From contig JBJBDL010000003.1 of assembly GCA_047285305.1 (NCBI GenBank), forward strand, positions 608,001 through 672,000: DNA of 64,000 bases, read 5' to 3'. Below are positions 13,713-24,323 of the stretch, in pieces (position 1 is the stretch's first letter; each line of letters starts with the position of its first letter). Under the pieces are notes generated by a model, which had not been told where the DNA came from, ran no database searches, and saw only the letters and a list, made by a program, of their open reading frames with translations. A program made the position numbers and the translations under genes. Source of the stretch: Synechococcus sp. (lineage in GTDB: Bacteria > Cyanobacteriota > Cyanobacteriia > PCC-6307 > Cyanobiaceae).

Positions 13713-14789
13713 TCAGGCCACCAGCGTATGAAGCAAGCCGGCCAGTCGCCGTTCGGCATCCCGTTCCTCCAAGGCAGCCATCCCTTCACGCATCTGGGCG
13801 AGCGGATCGTCTGTAATCCTGGCGTGTCCTAGCCGTGCTGCCAGAAGCCGCTGCACCGTGTTGAACAACACCGGCTGCTCCGGCTCGTGTTGATGCACGA
13901 TCACGGCCGCACCAACCGATGCGGCGCAGACTGCATTGGCCTCCTGGTGCTGGTCTGCCGCCTGCGGGAAGGGCACCAGTACGGCTGGGGTACCGCAGAC
14001 AGCCAGTTCACTGAGGCTGCCGGCCCCCGCGCGGCTGATGGCCAGATCGGCATGTTGCAGCAACCCGGGAATCTCATCGCTGAAGCGGCGTTCCACCAAC
14101 AGTGGATGCCGCAGTTGCTCGATGTTGGGGTCGTTGTCACCGGTGAGCTGCACGACGCGGCAGCCCTGCTCCAAAAGCGCCGGCAGTGCAGCGCGCACCA
14201 TCCGGTTGAGGCCGACGGCGCCTTGACTGCCGCCCATAACCACCAGGAGCGGCCCCTCCCCGGAGGGGACCCAGCCCGGCAGGGGTTGTGGGGCTAGAAA
14301 GCTTGTACGCACTGGTGTGCCCGTCAGCATCGGCTGGCTGCCGGGGATGCGCTTGGCGGCCGCGGGGAGGCCAATAGCCACCGCACTGCAGAAGCGACCC
14401 AGCAAGCGGGTGACCCGCCCCGGGATGGCATTGGATTCATGCAGTACCACGGGAATGCCGCACCAACGCGCCGCCAGGATCGCGGGGGCGGCGATGTAGC
14501 CGCCAGTGGTGAACACCACATCGATCGAGTTTCGGCGGATCACCCGCCGCACGCTGATGCTGGCCAGCAACAGCCGCAGCAGCTGCAGCAGTTTGGTGAG
14601 TCCGCGTCCTTGCAGCCCACCGGCGTTCACGCAAACCAAACCAAAACGCTTCGGCACCAGCTGCGTTTCGAGCCGATCGGGCACCCCCAGCCAGCGCACG
14701 GGCCACTGACTTTCAACGGCTTCCGCAACTGCCAGGGCGGGAAAGAGATGGCCGCCGGTGCCGCTGGCGGCGATCAGAAGCCGGGTCAT
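13713..14789 (-). CDS. murG: Undecaprenyl-PP-MurNAc-pentapeptide N-acetylglucosamine transferase
   Basis: Motifs [42 protein letters not shown]. Confidence 0.97.
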   Translation of the reverse strand: MTRLLIAASGTGGHLFPALAVAEAVESQWPVRWLGVPDRLETQLVPKRFGLVCVNAGGLQGRGLTKLLQLLRLLLASISVRRVIRRNSIDVVFTTGGYIAAPAILAARWCGIPVVLHESNAIPGRVTRLLGRFCSAVAIGLPAAAKRIPGSQPMLTGTPVRTSFLAPQPLPGWVPSGEGPLLVVMGGSQGAVGLNRMVRAALPALLEQGCRVVQLTGDNDPNIEQLRHPLLVERRFSDEIPGLLQHADLAISRAGAGSLSELAVCGTPAVLVPFPQAADQHQEANAVCAASVGAAVIVHQHEPEQPVLFNTVQRLLAARLGHARITDDPLAQMREGMAALEERDAERRLAGLLHTLVA

Positions 14790-14832
14790 CGCGTCGGCCG
14801 TCACCGCACACCAGGCCTAACTTAATTGTGTT

Positions 14833-15585
14833 GTGGTGGTCTGGCCCGTGCGTCGTTTCCTGGGAGTCACGCTCGTCTCGGCCATGGCATTAGTTCTGTC
14901 ACCGGTTCAAGCCCTTGGTCAGTCCGGACCCGAGTGCAGTGCCGTGGCACGTTTTGGCGATCGCCTGCAAACGGTGTTGAACAGCGGCAGCTCTGCGGTC
15001 TTTGACACGCTGGCCAGCGTTGAGCTGCAGCCTGTTTTGGCCCAGCGCCTGGAGCGATTCCGGCAGGATTTTCCCGAGGTCACCTGGCAGGTGAAGCCCG
15101 CAGCACCCACACCAGATGGCCGTCCAACCCTCAGCCTGCAGGTGCGGGGTGCTGCCGAATCCCAGGGGCTCAGCTATTACCTTGAGGCCAGCCAACAGAT
15201 CGCGATTCGTCTGGACAATGGCCAGCTCGTAGAGCAAGAACTGCTGGCCCAGCAGTCCTTGCTGCGCAGTGGTGAGCGCCCCTTGGCGGTCGACGTCGCC
15301 ATCCCCGACGTGGTGCTCACCGGCAGTCGTTACGACGTCGACTTGATCGTTGAAAAACCGCTAGGCCAGGCCCTGGTGGCGGGCGGTTTGATCGACCTCA
15401 CGGATGAGCAGCTGTCGGCTCAGAAGCGCCCCAACCTGCCGTTGTCGCCTCAGGCTGGGGGTGGATTGTTCAAAAGCGTACAGGCGCCGCAGCAACCCGG
15501 TTCGCAGACCTGGGCCGTGATGCTGGTGCATCCCGATGGCGTGGTGACGGCTACCAAACGGGTGCGCGTGGTCAGCAACTACTAG
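14833..15585 (+). CDS. Conserved hypothetical exported protein
   Basis: 250-aa ORF with a signal-peptide-like N-terminus; fills the gap divergent from murG. Confidence 0.7.
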   Translation: MVVWPVRRFLGVTLVSAMALVLSPVQALGQSGPECSAVARFGDRLQTVLNSGSSAVFDTLASVELQPVLAQRLERFRQDFPEVTWQVKPAAPTPDGRPTLSLQVRGAAESQGLSYYLEASQQIAIRLDNGQLVEQELLAQQSLLRSGERPLAVDVAIPDVVLTGSRYDVDLIVEKPLGQALVAGGLIDLTDEQLSAQKRPNLPLSPQAGGGLFKSVQAPQQPGSQTWAVMLVHPDGVVTATKRVRVVSNY

Positions 15586-16469
15586 CTCCGCTGTCTCGTT
15601 TGGTTCCAGCGGTGCAGGGCGGACACGTCCTCATCGCCGTGGCCGTTCTGGATCAGATCCAGTTCCAGCTGTTCCACCAGCGTTGTGACGGGGAGATCCA
15701 GCTGGACGGCCTTGGCTGCATCGAGGGCGATGCCGAGATCCTTGCGATGCAGGCTCAGCCGGAAGCCGAGGGGATAGCTGCCCTCCAGCATGGCGATGCT
15801 GCGATGTTCGAGGGCCCAGGAGCTGGCTGCACCGTTCTGGAGGGCGTCGATCACCTGGGGCATGGGCAGCTTCAAACGCTGGCCGAGGGCCACCGCCTCC
15901 GCTACGGCGGCATAGCTGCCCGCCACCAGCACCTGGTTCACCGCTTTCACCTGCTGCCCTCGCCCCACGCCGCCGAAGTGATGAATGGAGCCGCCAATCA
16001 CCTCGAGGATGGGCCGAACCCGCTCCAGAAGATCGCTGGTGCCCCCCGCCAGCACCGTGAGGCTGCCGCGTTTGGCCCCTTCCGTGCCGCCAGTGACTGG
16101 TGCATCTATGTAATGGACGTTCTGGTGAGCCAGCCGCTCCGCACAGTGTTGGGCTGTGGCGGGTGAAATGGTGGAGCAATCCAGAACCACGCTGCCGATG
16201 CCCAGCTGTGATGAGGCCCCGTTGGCTCCGAACAGCACCTCCTCAACGGCTGCATCGTCGCTGACGCAAAGCAGCAGCACATCCACGCCGGTGCTCGCTT
16301 CGGCTGGGCTGGAACATGGCGTTGCACCCTCGAGCTCCGGATTGGTTTCGGCTTTGCGGCTGCGGGTGTGCACCCGCAGTGGAAAGCCAGCCTTATCCAG
16401 GTTGATCGCCATGGGCAAGCCGAGTGCCCCCAGCCCCACGAAGCCCAGGCTCATATCACCTTTGGTCAT
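15582..16469 (-). CDS. NAD(P)-dependent beta-hydroxyacid dehydrogenase (3-hydroxyisobutyrate dehydrogenase family)
   Basis: Rossmann motif GFVGLGALG, DCSTISP, DAPVTGG, catalytic K in VKAVNQ, HRKDL. Confidence 0.9.
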   Translation of the reverse strand: MTKGDMSLGFVGLGALGLPMAINLDKAGFPLRVHTRSRKAETNPELEGATPCSSPAEASTGVDVLLLCVSDDAAVEEVLFGANGASSQLGIGSVVLDCSTISPATAQHCAERLAHQNVHYIDAPVTGGTEGAKRGSLTVLAGGTSDLLERVRPILEVIGGSIHHFGGVGRGQQVKAVNQVLVAGSYAAVAEAVALGQRLKLPMPQVIDALQNGAASSWALEHRSIAMLEGSYPLGFRLSLHRKDLGIALDAAKAVQLDLPVTTLVEQLELDLIQNGHGDEDVSALHRWNQTRQRS

Positions 16470-16532
16470 GACGCATGGCGAAGAATTGGGATCCTGATCG
16501 ACGGATGCTCTGTAGCCGTGCCTTCAGGACAT

Positions 16533-16571
16533 AAAAAATCCCGGAAGCTCCCTTTGAGGGACCACCGGGAT
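16533..16571 (-). terminator. Intrinsic terminator downstream of pgk
   Basis: Minus strand reads ATCCCGGTGGTCCCTCAAAGGGAGCTTCCGGGATTTTTT: interrupted stem plus U-tract. Confidence 0.75.
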
Positions 16572-16612
16572 GAGATCGATGAAGGCCTGTAGTCCCAAGC
16601 CTGAGCGGCTGA

Positions 16613-17818
16613 TCAGGCGGCGTCAAGGGCAGCCACGCCGGGCAGCACCTTGCCTTCCAGCAGTTCGAGGCTGGCGCCGCCGCCGGTTGAGATATGCGAC
16701 ATCTTTTCTGCCAGGCCAGCCTTCTCGACAGCAGCCACGGAGTCACCACCACCGATGATCGTGCAGCAGCCCTTACCACTCAGGTCGGCCAGGGTGGTGG
16801 CGATGGCGTTGGTGCCAGCAGCGAACTTGTCGAACTCGAACACGCCCATGGGGCCGTTCCAGATCACGGTTTGACAGTCAGCCAGGGCGTCCTGGAACAC
16901 CTTGATCGAGTCGGGGCCGATGTCCAGACCCATCCACCCATCGGGGATGGCATTGATGTCAGCGATCTGGCTGTTGGCATCGGGGGCGAAGTTGTCGGCC
17001 AGCACCACGTCGGTGGGCAGCAGCAGCTGCACGCCCTTGGCCTTGGCCTTGGCCTCGAGCTCCTTGGCCAGTTCCAGCTTGTCTTCTTCCACCAGGCTCT
17101 TGCCCACCGAGAGGCCGCGGGCCTTGTAGAAGGTGAAGATCATGCCGCCGCCGATCAGCACCTTGTCGCACTTGTCGATCAGGGCTTCGAGCACGCCGAT
17201 CTTGGAGCTCACCTTGGAGCCGCCGACGATGGCAGCCAGGGGACGCTTGGGCTCATCCACAGCACCCTGCAGGTACTGCAGCTCCTTCTCCATCAGGAAG
17301 CCGGCGACGGAGGGCTTGAGGAACTTGGTCACGCCCTCGGTGGAGGCGTGGGCGCGGTGGGCGGCGCCGAAGGCGTCGTTCACGTACACATCAGCCAAGC
17401 CCGCGAGCTTCTCAGCGAAACCAGCTTCGTTTTTTTCTTCTTCAGCAAAAAAGCGCACGTTCTCCAACAGCACCACATCGCCATTGGCCATGGCGCCCAC
17501 CTTGGCTTCGGCATCGGGGCCGATGCAGCTGTCGGTCTTGGCCACGGGTTTGCCCAGCAGTTCGCTTAGGCGAGCAGACACGGGGGTGAGACGCATGGCG
17601 TCATTCACCTGGCCCTTGGGACGACCGAAGTGAGCGGACAGGATTACCTTGGCGCCCTTGCCGATCAGGTCGTTGATCGTGGGCAGGGCGGCACGGATGC
17701 GGGTGTCGTCGGTGATGGCACCCGCATCGTTCAGGGGCACGTTGAAGTCAACCCGCACGAGAACGCGTTTGCCGCTCAGGTCGCCGGCGTTGAGGCTGGC
17801 CAGGGAACGCTTCGCCAT
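16613..17818 (-). CDS. pgk: Phosphoglycerate kinase
   Basis: Motifs [46 protein letters not shown]. Confidence 0.99.
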   Translation of the reverse strand: MAKRSLASLNAGDLSGKRVLVRVDFNVPLNDAGAITDDTRIRAALPTINDLIGKGAKVILSAHFGRPKGQVNDAMRLTPVSARLSELLGKPVAKTDSCIGPDAEAKVGAMANGDVVLLENVRFFAEEEKNEAGFAEKLAGLADVYVNDAFGAAHRAHASTEGVTKFLKPSVAGFLMEKELQYLQGAVDEPKRPLAAIVGGSKVSSKIGVLEALIDKCDKVLIGGGMIFTFYKARGLSVGKSLVEEDKLELAKELEAKAKAKGVQLLLPTDVVLADNFAPDANSQIADINAIPDGWMGLDIGPDSIKVFQDALADCQTVIWNGPMGVFEFDKFAAGTNAIATTLADLSGKGCCTIIGGGDSVAAVEKAGLAEKMSHISTGGGASLELLEGKVLPGVAALDAA

Positions 17819-17856
17819 AGGGTTGTGTCATGCGGTAAGAAAACGGGGTGAGGTTA

Positions 17857-17940
17857 ACCCGTGTGAATGGCGATGGGGCCAGCGCTTTCAAAGTGAATTT
17901 GATTCGGCTGGCCTTCTGTTCTGTGCGTTTGCGTTCGTGA
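17857..17940 (+). pseudogene. Possible 3' relic of a universal stress protein gene
   Basis: Translates TRVNGDGASAFKVNLIRLAFCSVRLRS*, resembling the USP C-terminus (...VIQLAPCPVLVV*). Its TGA overlaps the ylqF GTG. Confidence 0.45.
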
Positions 17941-18803
17941 GCACCCCAACGATTCAGTGGTATCCCGGCCACATCGCCAAGGCGGAGCAGCAGCTCAAGC
18001 GCCATCTCGACAAGGTGGATCTGGTGATCGAGGTGCGTGATGCCCGCATTCCTCTGGCCACGGGCCACCCCCATCTCAACCGCTGGTTGAAGGGCAAGCA
18101 GCATCTTTTGGTGATCAACCGGCGCGACATGGTCACTGCCGCTGCGAAGGAGGCCTGGGAGGCCTGGTTCAAGGTTCAGGGGCAGCGCACGGTCTGGTGC
18201 GATGCCAAGGCCGGGACCGGCGTGAAGCAGGTGCAGCAGGCCGCGATTCGTGCTGGCGACCAGCTCAACGAACGCCGCCGCAACCGGGGCATGCGGCCCA
18301 GGCCGGTGCGGGCGCTCACCCTGGGCTTTCCCAATGTGGGCAAGTCGGCCCTGATCAACCGCCTTGTGCGGCAGAAGGTGGTGGCCAGTGCCCGGCGGGC
18401 CGGGGTGACGCGCACCCTGCGCTGGGTGCGTCTGGGGCAAGACCTCGATCTCCTTGATGCGCCTGGCGTGCTGCCCCCTCGTCTTGATGACCAGCAGGCG
18501 GCCCTGCGGCTGGCCTTTTGCGACGACATCGGCCAGGCCGCCTACGACGGTGAACTGGTGGCTCAGGCCTTCCTGCAGTTGCTGCTGGATGTGGCATCGC
18601 AGGCTGCGGCCGGGGTGACGATTCCGCTGCTGCAGGAGCGTTACGGCATCCCCCTGAGCGGTGAAACGGCCGACCCGGCTCTCTGGCTGGTTGCCGCAGC
18701 GGCCCGCCACACCTCCGGTGAGACAGCGCGCATGGCCCAGCGGTTGCTGGATGATTTCCGCAAGTCCGCTCTCGGCAGCATCGCCCTGGAGCTGCCGGCA
18801 TGA
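17937..18803 (+). CDS. ylqF: Ribosome biogenesis GTPase YlqF/RbgA
   Basis: Motifs IQWYPGHIAKA, EVRDARIP, GFPNVGKS, LLDAPG. GTG start at 17937. Confidence 0.96.
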   Translation: MSTPTIQWYPGHIAKAEQQLKRHLDKVDLVIEVRDARIPLATGHPHLNRWLKGKQHLLVINRRDMVTAAAKEAWEAWFKVQGQRTVWCDAKAGTGVKQVQQAAIRAGDQLNERRRNRGMRPRPVRALTLGFPNVGKSALINRLVRQKVVASARRAGVTRTLRWVRLGQDLDLLDAPGVLPPRLDDQQAALRLAFCDDIGQAAYDGELVAQAFLQLLLDVASQAAAGVTIPLLQERYGIPLSGETADPALWLVAAAARHTSGETARMAQRLLDDFRKSALGSIALELPA

Positions 18804-19801
18804 GTCCGCAGTGGAAACGTCCTCCATTGCCGGAGGAGACCTTCACGGATCGGTTTGGTGAAGGGGAGGGAGAGCTGCTGAAGCTGGCCTATCCCAAGCC
18901 CTTGCCGATGCGACTGGACCGTTGGCTGGTGAGCCAGCGCACAGAGCAGAGCCGGGCCCGGATTCAGAAGTTCATCGATGCGGGCTATGTGCGCGTCAAC
19001 GGCAAGACCGGCAAGGCCAAAACCCCCTTGCGCCAGGGCGATGAGGTGCAGCTCTGGATGCCGCCACCGGAACCGCTGCCTTACCTCAAGCCGGAGCCGA
19101 TGGATCTTGATGTGTTGTTTGAGGACGACCACCTGATCGTGCTCAACAAGCCGGCCGGGCTCACGGTGCATCCGGCGCCGGGCAACAAGGACGGCACCCT
19201 GGTGAACGGTCTGCTGCATCACTGTCCGGATCTGCCCGGCATCAGCGGCAAGCTGCGCCCGGGGATCGTGCACCGTCTCGATAAAGACACCACCGGCTGC
19301 ATCGTGATCGCCAAGAGCCAGGAGGCTCTGGTGCGGCTGCAGGTGCAGATCCAGAAACGGATCGCTTCACGGGAATACTTCGCCGTCGTCCATGGCGTGC
19401 CCGGCGGCGACTCCGGCACGATCGTCGGGGCGATTGGCCGTCATCCGGCGGATCGCAAGAAGTACGCGGTGGTGAGCAGCGAAAACGGCCGTTACGCCTG
19501 CACCCACTGGACCCTGGTGGAGCGTCTCGGCGACTACTCCCTGCTGCGTTTCAAGCTCGACACCGGGCGGACCCATCAGATCCGCGTCCACTGTGCTCAT
19601 ATGAACCACCCGGTGGTGGGTGACCCCACCTACAGCCGCTGCCGCAAGTTGCCGATCGAGCTGCCCGGCCAGGCCCTGCATGCCGTGCAGTTGGGGCTCG
19701 AACATCCGATTACCCGCGAGCGGATGGTGTTCGAAGCTCCCCTTCCTACGGTGATGGAGAAGTTGCTGGGGGTGTTGAGGCGCCGCGCCGCATCGGGCTG
19801 A
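18800..19801 (+). CDS. RluA/RluD-family pseudouridine synthase with S4 domain
   Basis: Motifs RLDRWL, NKPAGLTVHP, IVHRLDKDTTG, TGRTHQIRVH, QALHA. Confidence 0.93.
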   Translation: MSPQWKRPPLPEETFTDRFGEGEGELLKLAYPKPLPMRLDRWLVSQRTEQSRARIQKFIDAGYVRVNGKTGKAKTPLRQGDEVQLWMPPPEPLPYLKPEPMDLDVLFEDDHLIVLNKPAGLTVHPAPGNKDGTLVNGLLHHCPDLPGISGKLRPGIVHRLDKDTTGCIVIAKSQEALVRLQVQIQKRIASREYFAVVHGVPGGDSGTIVGAIGRHPADRKKYAVVSSENGRYACTHWTLVERLGDYSLLRFKLDTGRTHQIRVHCAHMNHPVVGDPTYSRCRKLPIELPGQALHAVQLGLEHPITRERMVFEAPLPTVMEKLLGVLRRRAASG

Positions 19802-19805
19802 GGGC

Positions 19806-21401
19806 TTAACGGGGCAGCCTTGGGCAGGCCTCCACGAGGGTGCGGCTGATCGGCGCCTGAGGCGCCATGAAGATCCGGTCCCCTGGTCCCTCTTCAACCA
19901 CTTTCCCCTTGTCCAGCACCATCACCCGGTGACAGAAACCACTGGCTACCGAGAGGTCGTGGGTGATGAACACGATCGCCAGGCCCAGCTCCTGCTGCAG
20001 CTCCCGTAGCAGTGCCAGCACATCCGCCTGCACTTCCGCATCGAGCATGCTGACGCTCTCATCGCAGATCAGCACCTTGGGCTTCAAGGCCAGGGCGCGG
20101 GCGATCGCCACCCGCTGCTGCTGGCCGCCGGAGAGCTGTTTAGGCAGGCGATCTTGAAACTGCTCAGCCGGGCTGAGGCCGACCCGTTCCAAGAGGCGGC
20201 GGGCTTCCTGACGGGATGTCGCTTTCGAGCAGAGGCCATGGATCAGCAAGGGATCGGCGATGGCATCGGCCACCTGCAGGGCGGGATTGAGGCAGGCCAG
20301 AGGGTCCTGAAACACCATCTGGAGGGACCGGCGGGCTGTCCGCAGCGCCTCTCCACGCAGGCTCAGCAGGTCCTGGCCCAGCAGGTCGACCCGCCCCCCA
20401 CGGATGGGATTGAGCCCCATCAAAGCCCGGCAGAGGGTGCTTTTCCCGCAGCCGGAGGCCCCCACCACACCCAGGCTTTCCCCGGCTCTGAGCTCGAAAC
20501 TCACGCCATCCACAGCCTTCAGCCAGAGGGGTGCCCAAGGTGCGCCCCCCACGGCATGCCAGCAGCGCATCTCCTCCACCCGCAGCACGCTGCAGTTGTC
20601 AGGACGTGCCGGTGATCGTCCCCCTTCCCGGGCCTGGGCGGAGGCCACCAGCCTTTGCCCCACCGGCGACTGCGGCCGGGTGAGCAACTGATGGCTGGGG
20701 CCCTCCTCCACCTTGCGTCCGCCGTCGAGCATGGCCATGCGCTCGCACCAGCGGGAGGCCATGGCCAGGTCGTGGCTGATCAGCAGCAGGGCACTGCCCA
20801 GTTCCTGGCAGAGGCCGCTGAGTTCCGCCATCACCTGCCCGGCCACCGCCACATCCAGACTGGTGGTGGGCTCATCGGCGATCAGCAGCGGTGGTTCCAG
20901 GGCAATCGCCAGGGCAATGGCCAGGCGCTGTCGCATCCCACCACTGAGCTCATGGGGGTAGGCGCGGATGCGGTTGGCCCCAATGCCCACCTGTTCCAGC
21001 AGCTCACGGGCCCGTTCTTGGTGAGCTGCTGAACTGGTGTTAGGTCGGTGGGCCCTGAGGGTGTCGATCAGATGGCCGCCCACGCTCATCAGCGGATTCA
21101 TCCGCGTCATCGGGTCCTGGAACACCAGACCCACGGCTTCACCCCGCAGCTGCCGCAACTGCGGTCGCCTGAGTTGGCGTGGATCCTGGCCAGTCAAGGC
21201 CAGCCGTCCTTCACAGATCGTTCCCTGGGGCAGCAGCTGCATCACAGCCCGCGCCACTGTGCTTTTGCCGCAGCCCGAAGATCCCACCAAGGCCAGGGTC
21301 TCTCCTGGCTTGAGGCTCAGATTCAGCCCATCCAGCGTCCAGGAGTCGCTGCCGGGATAGCGCAACCGCAGCTGTTCGAGTTCCAGAACAGGCCGGCCCA
21401 T
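19806..21401 (-). CDS. Peptide/nickel ABC transporter ATP-binding protein with two fused NBDs (DppD/DppF-like)
   Basis: Walker A motifs GSSGCGKS and GASGCGKS; signatures YPHELSGGMRQR and LSGGQQQR; ADEPTT. Confidence 0.92.
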   Translation of the reverse strand: MGRPVLELEQLRLRYPGSDSWTLDGLNLSLKPGETLALVGSSGCGKSTVARAVMQLLPQGTICEGRLALTGQDPRQLRRPQLRQLRGEAVGLVFQDPMTRMNPLMSVGGHLIDTLRAHRPNTSSAAHQERARELLEQVGIGANRIRAYPHELSGGMRQRLAIALAIALEPPLLIADEPTTSLDVAVAGQVMAELSGLCQELGSALLLISHDLAMASRWCERMAMLDGGRKVEEGPSHQLLTRPQSPVGQRLVASAQAREGGRSPARPDNCSVLRVEEMRCWHAVGGAPWAPLWLKAVDGVSFELRAGESLGVVGASGCGKSTLCRALMGLNPIRGGRVDLLGQDLLSLRGEALRTARRSLQMVFQDPLACLNPALQVADAIADPLLIHGLCSKATSRQEARRLLERVGLSPAEQFQDRLPKQLSGGQQQRVAIARALALKPKVLICDESVSMLDAEVQADVLALLRELQQELGLAIVFITHDLSVASGFCHRVMVLDKGKVVEEGPGDRIFMAPQAPISRTLVEACPRLPR

Positions 21402-21465
21402 GAACAGTGCTGCGTGAGCGACAGGGGGTCCTGCACTGAATACCATGGATTGACCCGAGGGTCGG

Positions 21466-23799
21466 ATGCTCAACGCTGCCTCCACACCCAAAGAGCCCCG
21501 AACCAGCACGGGTTCGGCCACTGCGGGCTGCGCGTTGCCCGAAGTAAGGCGCCATCCCGTCCGCCATCCGGACGATTACGGCATTGCTCTGCCGGACTGG
21601 TTGAGGGAGTGCATCGCCAATGTGCCGCCTGGCATTGGCCAGAGCTGCCCCACCGATGCCGAGGCGCTGCTGGTGTCGGCCTTTGATTTCGGCTTTCAGC
21701 TCCACGAAGGCCAGTTCCGCGTCAGTGGAGACCCTTACATCGTCCATCCGGTGGCGGTGGCTGATCTGTTGCGGGACATCGGCGCCAGCGCCCCGGTGAT
21801 CGCCGCAGGTTTCCTCCACGACGTGGTTGAAGACACAGACGTCACCCCCGATCAGATCGAGCTCCATTTCGGTTCCGAGGTGCGTGAGCTGGTGGAGGGG
21901 GTCACCAAGCTCGGCGGCATCCACTTCAACGACCGTACGGAAGCTCAGGCGGAGAATCTGCGTCGGATGTTCCTGGCGATGGCCAGCGACATCCGTGTGG
22001 TGTTGGTGAAGCTGGCCGACCGCTTGCACAACATGCGCACCCTGGGTGCGTTGAAGGAGGAAAAGCGTCAGCGGATAGCCCGCGAAACTCGTGAGATCTA
22101 TGCCCCCCTGGCCAACCGCCTCGGCATCGGTCGGTTCAAGTGGGAGCTGGAGGATCTGGCCTTCAAATTGCTGGAACCGGAGGCCTTCCGGGAGATTCAG
22201 GAGGAGGTGGCCACCAAGCGCAGTGAACGGGAGCAACGGCTCGGAGTCACGGTGGGGCTGCTGAATGAGCGGTTGGAACGTGCCGGCCTAGAGCACTGCG
22301 AGGTGAGTGGTCGCCCCAAACATCTGTTTGGCATCTGGAGCAAGATGCAGCGCCAGCAGAAGGAGTTCCATGAGATTTACGACGTGGCGGCGTTGCGGAT
22401 CCTCACCCCCAATGTCGAGAGCTGTTATCGCGCCCTCGCGGTGGTTCACGACACTTTCCGCCCGATTCCCGGTCGCTTCAAGGACTACATCGGGTTGCCG
22501 AAACCCAACGGCTACCAATCCCTGCACACGGCGGTGATCGGTCGGCATCGCCCGATCGAAGTGCAGATCCGCACGCTTGAGATGCACCATGTGGCCGAGT
22601 TCGGGATTGCGGCCCACTGGAAATACAAGGAAGGCGGCTCACCGGCCAGCAGCGGCAGTGATGCGGAGCGGTTCAACTGGCTGCGGCAGCTGGTGGATTG
22701 GCAGCAGGAAGGCGGCAACGACGATCACAACGACTACCTCTCCTCGATCAAGGAAGACCTTTTCGACGAAGAGGTGTTTGTGTTCACCCCAAAAGGTGAT
22801 GTGCTCGGTTTGCGCAAGGGGGCAACTGGCGTCGACTTCGCTTATCGCATCCACTCCGAGGTGGGCAACCACTGCCATGGCGTTCGCATCAACGATCGGC
22901 TGTGTCCGTTGGCTACGCCGCTTCAGAACGGTGATTTCGTTCAGGTGCTCACCAGCAAAACGGCCCATCCCAGCCTCGATTGGCTGAACTTCGTCGCCAC
23001 GCCGACGGCACGCAACCGCATTCGTCAGTGGTACAAGCGCAGCCACCGTGACGAAACGATTGAACGGGGCAAGGATCTGTTGGAGCGGGAGCTGGGGCGT
23101 GATGGCTTTGATGCCCTGCTCAACAGTGAGGCGATGCAGCGGGTGGCACAGCGCTGCAATGTGCCCACCACTGAAGACCTCCTGGCCTCACTGGGATTTG
23201 GAGACGTCACGCTGCAGCAGGCGCTCAACCGTTTGCGGGAGGAGATGCGTCTGCTGGCGGAACAGCAGCAGGCCCCACCCGGCAACGAAGACGTGGCCGC
23301 GGCGCTGCTGCCATCGCGGGATCTGGCGCCGGACCGTTCCGGAGGCGAAGGGGCGATCCTTGGGCTGGAGGGCTTGGACTACCGCCTCGGTGGCTGCTGC
23401 AGTCCGCTGCCGGGTGAGTTGATCGTGGGCACGGTGGCCCTCGGCAATCACGGCATCACCATTCACCGGCAGGACTGCTCCAACGTGGAGACAATTCCGC
23501 GGGAACGGCGGCTACCCGTGCGCTGGAACACCGCCCATGCCGAACAGGAGAAACAGCGCTTCCCAGTGCAGTTGCGGATCGAAGTGATCGATCGCGTCGG
23601 CATCCTCAAAGACATCCTGCTGCGTCTCTCCGATGGGGCCATCAACGTCAGTGATGCCCGGGTGACTACCGCCGCTGGAAAGCCGGCCCGTATTGATCTG
23701 CGGGTTGAGCTGGAGGGTGCCGATCAGCTCAGCCGCACCATGGACCAGATCCGCTCGATGGCTGATGTGATCGGGATTGCCAGGGTGGGCACGAGCTAG
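21466..23799 (+). CDS. spoT: Bifunctional (p)ppGpp synthetase/hydrolase
   Basis: HD domain (LHDVVEDT), KLADRLHNMRTL, PKPNGYQSLHT, TGS domain (VFVFTPKG), ACT domain (DRVGILKDI). Confidence 0.97.
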   Translation: MLNAASTPKEPRTSTGSATAGCALPEVRRHPVRHPDDYGIALPDWLRECIANVPPGIGQSCPTDAEALLVSAFDFGFQLHEGQFRVSGDPYIVHPVAVADLLRDIGASAPVIAAGFLHDVVEDTDVTPDQIELHFGSEVRELVEGVTKLGGIHFNDRTEAQAENLRRMFLAMASDIRVVLVKLADRLHNMRTLGALKEEKRQRIARETREIYAPLANRLGIGRFKWELEDLAFKLLEPEAFREIQEEVATKRSEREQRLGVTVGLLNERLERAGLEHCEVSGRPKHLFGIWSKMQRQQKEFHEIYDVAALRILTPNVESCYRALAVVHDTFRPIPGRFKDYIGLPKPNGYQSLHTAVIGRHRPIEVQIRTLEMHHVAEFGIAAHWKYKEGGSPASSGSDAERFNWLRQLVDWQQEGGNDDHNDYLSSIKEDLFDEEVFVFTPKGDVLGLRKGATGVDFAYRIHSEVGNHCHGVRINDRLCPLATPLQNGDFVQVLTSKTAHPSLDWLNFVATPTARNRIRQWYKRSHRDETIERGKDLLERELGRDGFDALLNSEAMQRVAQRCNVPTTEDLLASLGFGDVTLQQALNRLREEMRLLAEQQQAPPGNEDVAAALLPSRDLAPDRSGGEGAILGLEGLDYRLGGCCSPLPGELIVGTVALGNHGITIHRQDCSNVETIPRERRLPVRWNTAHAEQEKQRFPVQLRIEVIDRVGILKDILLRLSDGAINVSDARVTTAAGKPARIDLRVELEGADQLSRTMDQIRSMADVIGIARVGTS

Positions 23800-24269
23800 C
23801 TGCCTCGGCTCACGACAGCACGGGTTTCACGCCGCAGAAACAGGCGGTAGGCCATCCAGCCGCTCACCAGCGCCAACACCATTCCCACAACGGTGGAGCC
23901 GAGCAGGATGCGCTGGCTGAACTCCCACCCCTGGGCCCACAGGCTGCTGCGATTCAGCTCCGAAAGGTTGATCCCGCCTAGGCCGGGTCCCAGCAGTCGG
24001 CAGCCCACCAGATAGTTGAACCAGTAGAGGGGCAGATAGGTGAGGGGATTGCTCACCAGGGTTCCTGCGGCGGCGAGCAGGTGGTTGCCACGCACCACGC
24101 AGGCCACACCCATGCTGAGGAAGATCTGCAGCCCGAAGAAGGGGTAGCAGCCGCAGAACACGCCAGCGGCCAGGCCACGGGCCCGTTGGCCTGGGGTGCC
24201 TTCCTGTCTCCACAACCAGAGGACCCCGCGGCGCAACCGGATGCGACTGAGGCGCAGCAACCGGCGCAT
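23796..24269 (-). CDS. DUF2062-family membrane protein
   Basis: Motifs ARGLAAGVFCGCYPFFGLQ and SNPLTYLPLY. Confidence 0.8.
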   Translation of the reverse strand: MRRLLRLSRIRLRRGVLWLWRQEGTPGQRARGLAAGVFCGCYPFFGLQIFLSMGVACVVRGNHLLAAAGTLVSNPLTYLPLYWFNYLVGCRLLGPGLGGINLSELNRSSLWAQGWEFSQRILLGSTVVGMVLALVSGWMAYRLFLRRETRAVVSRGS

Positions 24270-24323
24270 GAACCCAGCAGAAATCGGCTGGATCCTAGGT
24301 ATGGATCACCAGCGGCGACTGCT

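Noticed and set aside
24081..24323. Long N-terminal extensions in the ORF track for mnmE, ylqF, rnhA, menA, menC and others
   Set aside because: They overlap neighbouring genes and lack homology. Downstream starts fit the families better.
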